From contig CALRFT010000001.1 in NCBI GenBank assembly GCA_943356745.1, positions 11,946 to 75,945 on the forward strand: a DNA stretch of 64,000 nt, given 5' to 3'. The notes beneath the pieces were generated by a model, which saw only the letters and a program-made list of their open reading frames with translations, did not search any database and was not told the DNA's origin. The stretch comes from Parcubacteria group bacterium (lineage in GTDB: Bacteria; Patescibacteriota; Minisyncoccia; Phycocordibacterales; CSBR16-119). Of the stretch, positions 47,838-58,400 are shown piece after piece. Every line of letters begins with the position of its first letter. Positions within the stretch are counted from its first letter, which is position 1. A program made the translations under genes and the position numbers.

Positions 47838-49205
47838 ATGGAATTAGGAATCCTTATTGTATTTATTCTTGGCTATACTGGTATAGCCTTTGAGCACGTT
47901 ATTAAAATCAATAAAACACCAACCGCGCTTATTACAGGCGCACTCTGTTGGACAATTTTATTAATTGGCGCAACAATAATTCCAGAACATCTAGTTTCTG
48001 ATTATTCAAATCTTTCTATAACACTCGGACAACAGGATGTGTCCTTATCAGAATTTTTTAACCATAGACTTCTTCACCATCTTCAAGAAATAGCGGCTAT
48101 TTTAATCTTTCTAATGGCTGCAATGACTATTGTTGAAGTTGTTGATGCACATGAGGGATTTAATATCATTACAGATAAAATTACCTCAACGAGTAAGGTT
48201 AAACTTCTTTGGATTGTGAGTATTATCACTTTTTTCTTGTCAGCAGCTCTTGATAATCTTACTACCGCAATTGTAATGGTGAGTTTGGTTAGTAAACTTA
48301 TTGATGACAAAAAAACTCGTTGGTTTTTTGGTGGAATGATAGTCATTGCAGCAAACTCAGGAGGTGCTTGGTCACCAATTGGCGACGTAACAACAACAAT
48401 GCTTTGGATAGGAAAGCAAATTACAACTGTTGAAATTATTAAAAGTCTATTTCTTCCAAGTCTTGTAAGTTTACTAGTTCCACTTAGCATTTTATCTTTA
48501 ATCATGAAAGGAAATGTTAATCGACCTGAAAATAAATCTCGAAGCAAATCAAGAACAACAAAAAAAGAAAAGCTTACTGCTTTCTTTCTTGGCATAGGAG
48601 GTCTTCTTTTTGTTCCGATTTTCAAAAATGTAACACATCTTCCTCCATTTATGGGGATTATACTTTCTCTTGGGATTGTATGGCTTGTAACAGAAATCAT
48701 GCACAGCAAGAAAGAAGAAGAAGTTAAGGATACACTTTCCGCTCTTCATGCACTTCGTAAGATTGATATGCCGTCTGTGCTTTTCTTTCTTGGTATTCTT
48801 CTTGCGGTTTCAGCACTTCAAGAAGTTGGACATTTGCAAACACTTGCAACAACACTAAAAGAAACACTTAATAATCCATATGCAATAAATATGTCAATTG
48901 GAGGGTTGTCTGCAATTGTAGATAATGTACCTCTTGTTGCAGCAAGTATGAATATGTATGACATTAGTCCCGCTGTGACAAATGACAGTTGGTCAAATCA
49001 CTTTGTTCAAGATGGAGTTTTCTGGCATTTTCTTGCGTACTGCGCAGGAACAGGTGGAAGTATGTTGATCATTGGATCCGCAGCTGGTGTCGCTGTTATG
49101 GGTATTCAAAAAATTGATTTCATGTGGTACCTCAAAAACATTAGCTTGTGGGCTTTAATTGGGTATATTTCCGGAGGAATTGTTTACATTATTCAAAACA
49201 TGTAA
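47838..49205 (+). CDS. nhaD: Na+/H+ antiporter NhaD family
   Basis: LDNLTT, AANSGGAWSPIGDVTTTMLW, VDNVPLVA, AGTGGS.LIIGSAAGV. Confidence 0.92.
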   Translation: MELGILIVFILGYTGIAFEHVIKINKTPTALITGALCWTILLIGATIIPEHLVSDYSNLSITLGQQDVSLSEFFNHRLLHHLQEIAAILIFLMAAMTIVEVVDAHEGFNIITDKITSTSKVKLLWIVSIITFFLSAALDNLTTAIVMVSLVSKLIDDKKTRWFFGGMIVIAANSGGAWSPIGDVTTTMLWIGKQITTVEIIKSLFLPSLVSLLVPLSILSLIMKGNVNRPENKSRSKSRTTKKEKLTAFFLGIGGLLFVPIFKNVTHLPPFMGIILSLGIVWLVTEIMHSKKEEEVKDTLSALHALRKIDMPSVLFFLGILLAVSALQEVGHLQTLATTLKETLNNPYAINMSIGGLSAIVDNVPLVAASMNMYDISPAVTNDSWSNHFVQDGVFWHFLAYCAGTGGSMLIIGSAAGVAVMGIQKIDFMWYLKNISLWALIGYISGGIVYIIQNM

Positions 49206-49238
49206 ACAAAAAGCCGTCGCTTTCGCGACGGCTTTTTC

Positions 49239-49574
49239 TTATTCCCAAGACATCTGCCAATCTTTCATTTGATTGATTTCAGTTGTTTGTGCCTTAATAA
49301 TTGCAGTTGCCAGATCTTTGATTTCTTGTCTTTCTGAACTTTCAAGAGCAAGCTCTGCCATCTCAATAGCTCCCTCATGATGAACAATCATTTGTTCAAG
49401 AAAAGCTTGGTCAAAAGCATTCCCTGTCTTTCCCACGAGCTCGGCATTCATATCCATCATCATCTGATCCATAGACATTGAATGCATATCATGTGAATTA
49501 TTTCCTTTTATAGAAAACCCGATTAACCCTCCAATAATAAGTGCGAATAGTGGTATTACAATATTTTTATTCAT
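49239..49574 (-). CDS. DUF305 (CopM-like) protein
   Basis: FLEQMIVHHEGAIEMA, Q..EI..M motifs; Met/His-rich. Confidence 0.88.
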   Translation of the reverse strand: MNKNIVIPLFALIIGGLIGFSIKGNNSHDMHSMSMDQMMMDMNAELVGKTGNAFDQAFLEQMIVHHEGAIEMAELALESSERQEIKDLATAIIKAQTTEINQMKDWQMSWE

Positions 49575-49588
49575 ATGTTTTTTAAAAA

Positions 49589-51154
49589 TTAAAATTTCAT
49601 AGTGTGTTTTGAAACACGAGAAGGTGATGTGATAGGTTTTACAGCCTTATCTTTTTCACCTTCTTCTTTATGGTGTTTCAAAAATCGAGCAGTTCTCTTA
49701 AGGTCGTTTGTAAAGTATAAAATAATTTTAACAAAGGAAGCAATTCCAACCACAACAAGAATTGCAATACCAAGGTAACTTACGAAACTAATTGCAAATC
49801 CAAGTAATTGAGATGGTTCAACTTTAAACGCAACTGGGTTACTTTGAAGCTTTGTATCTTCATTATAAGCTTGAACAAATGCTGTATGATATCCAAGATC
49901 AAGATGAGATCCTATAGCAAAACTAAACCTACCATCTCTATCAACAATTCCTTCTTCTGTATATACAACATTTCCCTTTCTTGTAAGTGTGAGAAGTAGC
50001 TTATTATCTGGTGTTCCGGAACCTTGAATAGTAATGATTTTTCCTTGTTCAATTTCTTCTGGATATTCTGTAATAATTGGTTTTGTAATGAGGGCTTCCC
50101 CAAAAGAAACAATCACTTCACGAATAGTTTGATTTCCCGCTTTATCAAAAGCAATTATCTCAATATTTTGTTCGCCACTATAGATAGGAGGAAGTTCGTA
50201 GTTTATTACCTCTTGCTCGTCAATTCTAATTATTTCGCCTCCACCAATCTTGATTTCATAATGTGAAAATCCTGAATCTATATCATCTGTTGTAAAAGTT
50301 AGTTTTGGAGAAGTATCTTCATTGTTTACTGAGACATCAAAATCTTGCGGTGGTTTTGTGTCAATATTTAATTTAAATCTTCCAACAGAACTCCATCCTG
50401 CGGTAGTTCTTGTTTGTACTGAGAAGTAATATGTACCCTCACCAAGATCTTCTATTGTTTTTGTCGAAACTGGAGGAATGTAACTTACTGTTGGTGTACT
50501 ATTTTGATTTCTACCAATCAAAAGCTTTGTTTCAAGAGCTCCTTGCGGTAACTCCCAATTAAATATAGCTGTTGTTTTGTTGTACCATCCATTTTGATCT
50601 GGATGTGTTTCTGAGCTTATGACAGGGGCATTATTATTTACAGGTTTTGGAGTTTCTGGTTTTGGTTCAACAAAAGCTTCAGTAATCGTGAAATTACCAC
50701 TACTCAAAGTACTTGCAATATTTGTACCAAGACCATCATTAGCAAGAATAGACCCTGAACTAAATTTAACCTGAGCAGTTCCAGGCGATTTTGGTCTAAA
50801 AGTTACAGAAAGAAGTTTACCCCCATTTCCAGAATATCCTGGATTCAACACAACTCCCTCAAAGTTAATCGTTCCGGCCGAATTTGAGAAACTTGGCTCT
50901 TGAACCCACAAAGAAAATATTGAACCAGTTTTTGAAATAGAAACTACTTCAAGATTATTCGTCGGAAATGTAATAACACCAGAAGATGCGTTCATGATTT
51001 GACCATCTGTGTTTGCAAGAAAATTAACAGTAAAATTTTTCCCTACCTGATACTGCCCACTCGAAGGAGACATTCCCAAAGACGCCGAGTGTGCAGTGGG
51101 CGCACTACTCAACATAAGAATCATTATTGAAAAAATAGAAAATATTTTTTTCAT
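49589..51154 (-). CDS. Cohesin-like domain surface protein with Ig-like repeats and C-terminal TM
   Basis: Signal peptide; N-terminal cohesin-like sandwich (..FTV...G.I.F.G....G.L..VTF); IDT.PP and AFDKAGN Ig motifs; TM near C-terminus. Confidence 0.75.
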   Translation of the reverse strand: MKKIFSIFSIMILMLSSAPTAHSASLGMSPSSGQYQVGKNFTVNFLANTDGQIMNASSGVITFPTNNLEVVSISKTGSIFSLWVQEPSFSNSAGTINFEGVVLNPGYSGNGGKLLSVTFRPKSPGTAQVKFSSGSILANDGLGTNIASTLSSGNFTITEAFVEPKPETPKPVNNNAPVISSETHPDQNGWYNKTTAIFNWELPQGALETKLLIGRNQNSTPTVSYIPPVSTKTIEDLGEGTYYFSVQTRTTAGWSSVGRFKLNIDTKPPQDFDVSVNNEDTSPKLTFTTDDIDSGFSHYEIKIGGGEIIRIDEQEVINYELPPIYSGEQNIEIIAFDKAGNQTIREVIVSFGEALITKPIITEYPEEIEQGKIITIQGSGTPDNKLLLTLTRKGNVVYTEEGIVDRDGRFSFAIGSHLDLGYHTAFVQAYNEDTKLQSNPVAFKVEPSQLLGFAISFVSYLGIAILVVVGIASFVKIILYFTNDLKRTARFLKHHKEEGEKDKAVKPITSPSRVSKHTMKF

Positions 51155-52008
51155 TGATGTTTTTTACGGTACACAACAACACCCGAAACTATTACAACAA
51201 TAAGTATACTAAATATTAGGATAAAATTCTCATCAAATATTTTTTCCTGTGGATGAACAACTGAAATTCTCTCATTCCCAGCAACGTCAACCGCTTTTAC
51301 AAAAATTGTTTTAAATAATTTTTGATCTTTTAAAACATAAGGACTTTGAACTTCTTGAAATGAACCAAAATATCCTTCTTTTACCTCATAACGAAGTATA
51401 CCAACTCCCTTATCTTGAGTTGCAAAAACTAAAACATTTCGACCATCATAGAGATTTTCATCTTGAGTAATGATTGGAGTAAAGTCTTCTGGTTTTTCTG
51501 TGTCTTTAGGGACAATATACTCTTGAGAAAAATTACCATCTTCTGATATGTAAATCTTTTTGTCTATAGAATTGATTTTATTTTCGGTTCCAATTCCGTC
51601 ATGAAGTAATACCGAACCACCTTCTGTAGAAATTCTTAATTCATCATCAGGATTTTGACCTCGTATTTCTAAAGAGAAAAGAAACAACGCACTTCCCTGT
51701 ATTCCCCCTGGGGTAATTCCTGAAAAGTAAATTGAATTTCCTTGAACTTCCGGTTTATCAACCCAGAAAAGTATTGAAGAGTTTCCTGTATTAATAGAAA
51801 TTTTTGGATCTTCGATTCCTTCTACCTGAATAGTTCCCGAAATTGTGTTAACAATATCTTCTGAGTCAAGCAAAACATCCACAACAACGGTGTCGTTTGA
51901 ACCATAAAGAGCATGGTTTGTTTCAAAAAAGAAACCCGCAGCAAAAACACTCAGTGGGATATTTAAGAATGAATACAAGAATATAAAAATGTAAATTATT
52001 TTTTTCAT
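51151..52008 (-). CDS. Cohesin-like surface protein with C-terminal TM
   Basis: Paralogous to the downstream gene (WV..P, I.F.G, L.DG.GT, DT..PEDF, AVD.AGN); C-terminal TM plus basic tail. Confidence 0.7.
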   Translation of the reverse strand: MKKIIYIFIFLYSFLNIPLSVFAAGFFFETNHALYGSNDTVVVDVLLDSEDIVNTISGTIQVEGIEDPKISINTGNSSILFWVDKPEVQGNSIYFSGITPGGIQGSALFLFSLEIRGQNPDDELRISTEGGSVLLHDGIGTENKINSIDKKIYISEDGNFSQEYIVPKDTEKPEDFTPIITQDENLYDGRNVLVFATQDKGVGILRYEVKEGYFGSFQEVQSPYVLKDQKLFKTIFVKAVDVAGNERISVVHPQEKIFDENFILIFSILIVVIVSGVVVYRKKHQ

Positions 52009-52010
52009 AA

Positions 52011-53039
52011 TTAACCTGTCCAATGATAAGCCATAATACTGAAATCGATAAGATCAATTTTGTTATCTCCATTAAGTTTTTGAGCTTCCACAAGAGAAAA
52101 TGATTGACTCAGTGTTCGTTTATACCAAAAAGCTGCAATTGAAAAATCAACAAGATTCACACGAAGGTCATTATTAAGATCTGCCTTTCTTGACGAATTT
52201 TGTAAATCAGAAGGGTTAAGGAAAACATTTGCGTCACCCACAATAAAGCCTAGTGCATTTCCAAAAGGACTTATTTCATTTCCAATTTGTGATTTAGACT
52301 TTGCCGAGTGAGAACCATAAGCAAGAAGTGCACTGTTAAAATTAAGTAGATACGCCCCATCCTGATCTGCTTCTTCCGTAACAAAATATGATGGCTCTGA
52401 GTTAACATTAATTGTAACCTCAGAGTTTGGTGTTGTTTGACCAAAAATACTAATAGTATCACCTCGTCTCACCTGGGACTTATCGAGCCCAATTGTTGGA
52501 GCAATAAAAATTCCACCGATACTTGTAGTAACTCCTGAACTAATGAAAATAGGAAAAGTAAATGGACTTGAAATAATTCCATCATCATCTTCACCATATG
52601 CAGAGAAAATATAATTTCCAGTTGAGAGACCACTTACTGTCACACTAAATTTACTATCTGGACCAGCAATTGTAGTTACAATGAGTTGTCCATCTTTCAA
52701 TATACTTACCCTACTAAGCGGATAGGCTCTTCCAGTAAGAACAACATTGGTTTCAGGAATGGAAGAACCTCCTCCACCGCCAGATGTATTTGAGCAAGAA
52801 GATGTATTAAAAGTACAAGAAACAGAACAAGATAGAGTTCCACTTGAAAAACCAAGGGAAACACAACTTGCCCCACCAAGTGAAGAACCGTCACATTGCT
52901 CTCCAATTCCAATAACCCCATCTCCACAACCTCCCACTGTTGCTGATATTTCAACAGTGATAGCCTGTAGATTATTTGGGGCTATAAGATAGAAAATTAT
53001 AAGAAATAAAGAAGTAGTTTTTGTAATAAAACCATACAT
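52011..53039 (-). CDS. Secreted protein: Cys-rich motif, two Ig-like domains, C-terminal dockerin-like duplicated repeat
   Basis: CGDGVI..GEQCD motif; ADLNNDLRVNLVDFSI and KLNGDNKIDLIDFSI repeats. Confidence 0.8.
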   Translation of the reverse strand: MYGFITKTTSLFLIIFYLIAPNNLQAITVEISATVGGCGDGVIGIGEQCDGSSLGGASCVSLGFSSGTLSCSVSCTFNTSSCSNTSGGGGGSSIPETNVVLTGRAYPLSRVSILKDGQLIVTTIAGPDSKFSVTVSGLSTGNYIFSAYGEDDDGIISSPFTFPIFISSGVTTSIGGIFIAPTIGLDKSQVRRGDTISIFGQTTPNSEVTINVNSEPSYFVTEEADQDGAYLLNFNSALLAYGSHSAKSKSQIGNEISPFGNALGFIVGDANVFLNPSDLQNSSRKADLNNDLRVNLVDFSIAAFWYKRTLSQSFSLVEAQKLNGDNKIDLIDFSIMAYHWTG

Positions 53040-53041
53040 GA

Positions 53042-54169
53042 CTAAATTCTTCTCTTAGGTTTTTGTAATGGTTTTTGAGTGGTTGGTTTTGAAATATCTT
53101 TAATAGAATGAGATGAGATGGTTGATGACACAGTTTGTTTTTTTTCTTGTTTCTCAATTGTTTTTTGAGAACTATTTTGTTGATTGTATATTCCAGCCTG
53201 TGACAAAACCCAGGCATTATATCTCTTGAGTATCATTTTAAATCCTTTTCCAAAAAGGAAAAATCCTAGCAATAAGATACTAAGTGCTTGCCATGGAATA
53301 ACAAAAAAATGATATGAGTCTTTTGCGTTTTGTGCTGATTCACCCCAAGTAATATCAAGTTTTGCTGTATACCAACCAAATTTAAAATCTTTCAATTGAA
53401 CTTTTACCGATTCGAAAAAACCAAGCTTTACAGGATTACCAGTATCATCAAGCTGTCTCTCATCTCCTAAATACACTTCGTATCGACGTGCACTACCAGG
53501 CAACACACTTCCTTCATTTTTATTAGCATTTACTTCCTCTGTTTTAAATCTAAAAGTATTTAAAAGAGAAACTGTTCCTCGAGGAACAACCCTGTCTCCC
53601 CCTGTGTTACTGAGCCTGTATTCCACGACAATAGGAGGGGTTGAAACAACACGAAGATTATTTTTAGTTGTAAAAGACACAAGTCCTCCACCTTCTTCAA
53701 TTTCACCATTTACCCGAAGCAAAATAAGAACTCCTACTTTCCCACCAACAGAAACCTGTCCACCTGACCCAGTTGGTGGTTGTGTACCGAAAAACACAGC
53801 GGCAAAATAACCTCCTGGTTTAGCAGAACTTGGGATTGCAATAGAAAAAGGAACCTTAACTTCTTCTGAAGAGGAAACAAGAACTGAATCAGTAGATCTC
53901 AGCCATGTAGCAAGCCCATCTTTAGCACCAATAAAATATGGCGCACCTGAGTCTCCTCTCGGTTCAAAATTTTCAAAAGAAACGTAGTAATTTTTTTGAG
54001 ATGACTCTCCAGCCGATTCATCAAAGAGTGCTATTTCTCCAGTGATTGTTTGGCCTGGATCACCTGATATTTCAAGACGAGCAGGAGAAACAGTAAGAGC
54101 AAACGCAAAAAAAGGAGCACTTATTGAGGCCAAAACAAAACCGAGTAGAATTATAAGTCTCCTTTTCAT
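53042..54169 (-). CDS. DUF916/WxL-interacting or pilus chaperone-like membrane-anchored protein
   Basis: LTVSPARLE..PG, PGGYFAAVFF, LSNTG, VLPG..R, G.Y.A.L...G, IPW then TM; start taken at MKRRL. Confidence 0.65.
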   Translation of the reverse strand: MKRRLIILLGFVLASISAPFFAFALTVSPARLEISGDPGQTITGEIALFDESAGESSQKNYYVSFENFEPRGDSGAPYFIGAKDGLATWLRSTDSVLVSSSEEVKVPFSIAIPSSAKPGGYFAAVFFGTQPPTGSGGQVSVGGKVGVLILLRVNGEIEEGGGLVSFTTKNNLRVVSTPPIVVEYRLSNTGGDRVVPRGTVSLLNTFRFKTEEVNANKNEGSVLPGSARRYEVYLGDERQLDDTGNPVKLGFFESVKVQLKDFKFGWYTAKLDITWGESAQNAKDSYHFFVIPWQALSILLLGFFLFGKGFKMILKRYNAWVLSQAGIYNQQNSSQKTIEKQEKKQTVSSTISSHSIKDISKPTTQKPLQKPKRRI

Positions 54170-54197
54170 AGAAATAGTATATATTAAAATTAGAATT

Positions 54198-55304
54198 TTA
54201 GAAGTTTGCTGAAGCAAGATATGTCAAAGTAGAGGAGTAGCTTCCAGCTTCTGTATTTGCACTAATGTTTGCGATATATCTTATTGAGTATGTTGTATCT
54301 GCGGTTGCGCCGGTAGCTGCTGCGAATTCATCTGGAAACGCAGCTGAATCAAAAGCAAATCCAGTAGATGCATATGGCGCAGATACTGTTCCTATTCCTC
54401 CTGAAGCAGTTGCTCTAATTCCAAACTGCTCTGTTCCAACAGAAGATGCTGTATTAGTAGAGCCAATAGCATCAATAGTATCTCCACCTGAAGTAAGTGT
54501 GGTTCCATTTAAAGAAAGAGTATATCCGTTTGAAGCATTTGTTCCAACGGTAAGTGTATGCGCTTCGACCTCAGAAGATCCTCCCGATGTATCACCTATT
54601 GCATATCTTGCAGCAGACGAAGAGAGACTTCCAAATCCAATAGTACTATCAGAAATTGTGAAAGTAATAGATTGAGCAACTGTTGCTGACACGGACACTT
54701 GGTCATCAGAAAGAATTGTTACTGAGATATTTCCAGAATCAGAAGCTCCAGCAGTAACAGCAATGGAATAAGTTGTCGCTGAAGATGGGTTTATATATTG
54801 AGAGTTCGTAGATCCACCTGTCGCATTTTCTCCTATCTCGATACACACCTCTGCTCCAACAGGAACTGTAGCAGACGCACCTCCTGATGTAAGAGTGAGG
54901 AGTCGATTTTCTGTAGTAGAAAACACAGCATTCCATTGAGAAGCTGTTGCACCTGACGCAACGAGTGTTTGCGCTGTTCCATCACAAATACCATCCGGGA
55001 CTGTATCAATCAAGAAATCAACATCACTAAAATCCAATGCACCCTGAGGGTCGTTTGATCCATCAAAATCTGATGGGAATGTGAGTGTTATTGTTTGCCC
55101 CGAAGCAACACCTGTTGGTGTTGTAAATTCGATTTCGTGATCGGATGCTTGGTTAACAGCGAGACGAGACATTATATCTGCAGCGTCAGTAATTGATGCA
55201 GCTTGCGCTACATAGAATGGAAAAAATGCCGTAAAGACTAAAATCGAGGAAGTAAGTACAGCGATTCCTTTTTGAAAGAATGAACTAAAAAATGCGTGCT
55301 TCAT
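54198..55304 (-). CDS. Secreted Ser/Thr/Ala/Gly-rich subunit with WxL/pilin-like C-terminal domain
   Basis: Signal peptide; TNA..GY.L motif; ends AGSYSSTLTYLASANF. Confidence 0.7.
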   Translation of the reverse strand: MKHAFFSSFFQKGIAVLTSSILVFTAFFPFYVAQAASITDAADIMSRLAVNQASDHEIEFTTPTGVASGQTITLTFPSDFDGSNDPQGALDFSDVDFLIDTVPDGICDGTAQTLVASGATASQWNAVFSTTENRLLTLTSGGASATVPVGAEVCIEIGENATGGSTNSQYINPSSATTYSIAVTAGASDSGNISVTILSDDQVSVSATVAQSITFTISDSTIGFGSLSSSAARYAIGDTSGGSSEVEAHTLTVGTNASNGYTLSLNGTTLTSGGDTIDAIGSTNTASSVGTEQFGIRATASGGIGTVSAPYASTGFAFDSAAFPDEFAAATGATADTTYSIRYIANISANTEAGSYSSTLTYLASANF

Positions 55305-55347
55305 AAATAAAAGTTATTAAATAATACCTGTTTATTATACCAAACAA

Positions 55348-55379
55348 AAAACAATCTTTCTGGATTGAAAGATTGTTTT
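55348..55379 (-). terminator. Hairpin between the large adhesin and the subunit gene, followed by an internal promoter
   Basis: AAACAATCTTTC-loop-GAAAGATTGTTT; TGGTATAAT just downstream on minus strand. Confidence 0.65.
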
Positions 55380-55401
55380 ATTGTGGATATCTTATTCATT
55401 A

Positions 55402-58400
55402 TTAATAGCTCGCTGTTACAGTATATGTCAAAATTCCGTTATAAACCCCCGCTTCAGTTAAACTTGTAATGTTACTGAGATATCGTACTCCATACTCTGT
55501 TGGAGTATTATCACCACTTCCAGTCGCGATTTGATCAGGAAACGCGGCTGCATCAAAAGCAAATTCAGAAGCTTGATTATATGGAACAGAAACAGTACCA
55601 GTACCCGAATTCACAACAGCGCGAATTCCAAATTGCTCCGTACCGGGAGAAGAAGCGGCAGATGTTCCGCCTATTGAATTAATAGTTGCTCCACTGCAAG
55701 CATTACACGTGAGTGTTGTTCCATTAACAGTCAAAATATATCCTCCACTTGCATTTGTTGAAGCAGTTACAGTATGAGCGTCAGAAGAATCAGTTCCAGA
55801 CCCAAGAGTATCCCCTGTCGCATATCGAGCGCTACTTGGCGAAAGAGAACCAAACCCAATCGAGTTATCTGAAATGGTCATTGATATTTCTTGAACACCT
55901 CCAGCGGCTGCTGTGGTAATTTCAGGATAGTTTGTATAGGTATCAAATAAAGTACCACTAGTAGCCCCAACCACTCTAAAACAAAATGTTGTTTCAGGAT
56001 TTGCTCCATTATCACGTAAAGCAAAATCCCATTTGCCACTTTGACTTTGATTGGTGATGGAAGCTTGGTTGTTTGTGAATGGATTAGACTCAACATAACT
56101 TTGATTTACAATCGTTCGTCCACCGTCTGTCGGATCATTAGCATTTGGCGTAAGAGCTGCATCATCTGCCGGTGTCGGGTTATCCTGAAATGCAATAGAA
56201 GTCACACTAGTCACGTCAGTATACACAGCAGGTGTTCCACCGCTTGGAGATGCGCAAGTACCAGTTCCCTTGTCTACATACTGGAGTTTGAAATTTTTTC
56301 CATCAACAAAAAGATTTCCAAAATCATTTCGTATATTCATTCGAAGACGAAATACCTGATTGGTACTCGAAAGCGTTGCAGGAGTATCCTGAGCCGCAAG
56401 AACAGACCCCACATCTTGAGTATCTACATTTTCAAAAAATCTATACGTAGCCTGAGTATAACGCTTTGCATTCCATGCAGCAAAATCATAGGTGAAAGTA
56501 TTTTCATTTGAATCTACTCCAGTACCAAGACTAAATCCGTTTGAGATAAGATTTGTAATTTGATTTGTAATCGAAGGAAGAGCGAGAAATTGCGATGTAC
56601 TATCCCCTGTTTGAACAGAGGTACGAAGTAGAGCTCCCCGAGCTGTTCCACCCGTACGTTTTTTTATCCAGACAAGATCTGGCTGAAAACCAAGTGAGGT
56701 AATGTTTCTCACAGTACCGTTTCCTGTATAGGTTCCCACGCAAAAGGTTCCATCTTCAGTACAACTATTTCCCCCAAACATGAAATATGGAATTCGGATT
56801 GCGTTAACATTAGCAGCATTTGCACTTCCTATTTGAAAACCATCAGAGTTAAATGCTTGTATAAGATTCGAAGTAGAAGCCCCAGCATTAAATAGATTAG
56901 AAATATCTTCAACCATAGAACTTGTACGCCATGGAGAGAAGTTATTTGATAATGATTTGATTGTCACAAAATCTGGCTGAAATGGAAGCCTGTCTATATT
57001 TCTATTATCTTGAACATTTCCAGAATAAGCTCCTATTAAAAAATCAGAAGCAGTACCAACACCATCTGATTGAGATGCGTTACCAAACGCGGTCCAGTAA
57101 TAGGTATCTCCGGCAGTGTTTACTGTTGGACTTGTTCCTACTGAAAAACTATTGGTACCGAGAGCGGTAACACCCCCAGTAAAGTTAGAAAGTGCGAGAG
57201 CGAAATATCCGGTTGAATTTTGTCCTATACCTCGATGAGCCCAGACCGCCGCCTGGTCTGTGGCTTGATCTCTATGCTTTACAATAACTAGATCCGGATT
57301 AAAAGGAAGCCCTGCCACAGAAAAAGCAGCACCTGTTCCAGTATATGAACCGTTTATCATCCGAAACCTTCCACTGGTATCAAACGCCGGCTCAGGTGCC
57401 CCTCCAAAAACACCATAATAAGTAGTAACACCATTTACATTAACACCACTAGTTGAACTACCTACTTGAAACCCTCCTGTGCTAAAAAGTCTTTGGATAA
57501 TATTTGCCGACCCGGCAGCGTCAGTTGAAGGCATTGTAAAGTCACCATAAGATGCACGAAAATTTAAAAATCCATTTGTGGCTCCGGCTCCTTTTGCAAC
57601 CACGAAATCAGGCTGAAAAGTAAGTGCTGTATCGTCTGAAGAATCTATATTATTGTTATCGAGTCCATTTCCCACAAAAGAACCTGCCTTAAATGCTCCA
57701 GGGGTATTTTTAAATGCAAAATAATGATAGGTGTTTGCCGCGGTATTTACGGCGGCATTACTACCGATAGAAAATCCATTTGAAAGAATACTGTCTATTG
57801 CTCCCGATGCGATATCTGCCCCACCCCACTGACTTGAAACCGTACCACTATGGACACTTGTTTTAAACACCCCAATACTCCCACCCGCGCGCTTCACAGA
57901 TACAAAGTCTGGCTGGAAGCCGACAGAGGTAATATTTTGAGAAGTACCATTCCCAGTATAAGACCCAACACAAAAAGTCCCAGAAGAGTTACAATCTGAT
58001 CCACGAAAAGCAACCCAATAATATATTGTAGTGTTAGCGTTTACATCGCTGTCATTTCCGACTGTAAATCCATCACTATTGAAAGACTGAATGTGGTTGG
58101 TGGTGAGGTTTCCATCTGTCTCCGCCCAAGCCAAAGAAAGCTCCCCAGTCATAGTAGAAGTCTTGACCACCATCCCCTCACTACCCCCTGCGTCAAAATC
58201 TTTTACGATCACCATTTGAGGCTGAAAACCAACCTTGGTGATTTGTCGATTATCGACACCATTTCCCACATAGTATCCTGTTTGTATTTGAAAGGTAGCA
58301 GCATTTGCACGTTCCACCTCAGGCTGTAAAAGATGTCCAATGTGTCTATCCACCAGATTACCTTTTTCTTGGGTTGCAATATACAAAAGGTCAACAACAT

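Noticed and set aside
48083-48709. 208-aa antisense ORF inside nhaD, and similar shadow ORFs inside atpA, the P-type ATPase, mrdA and the surface genes
   Set aside because: Fully overlap well-supported genes on the other strand or frame and have no motifs; expected codon-bias shadows
54198-55880. Similarity between the two C-terminal modules as DGR template/variable repeats
   Set aside because: Both copies are coding, divergence is not adenine-specific and no reverse transcriptase is in the window; ordinary paralogy
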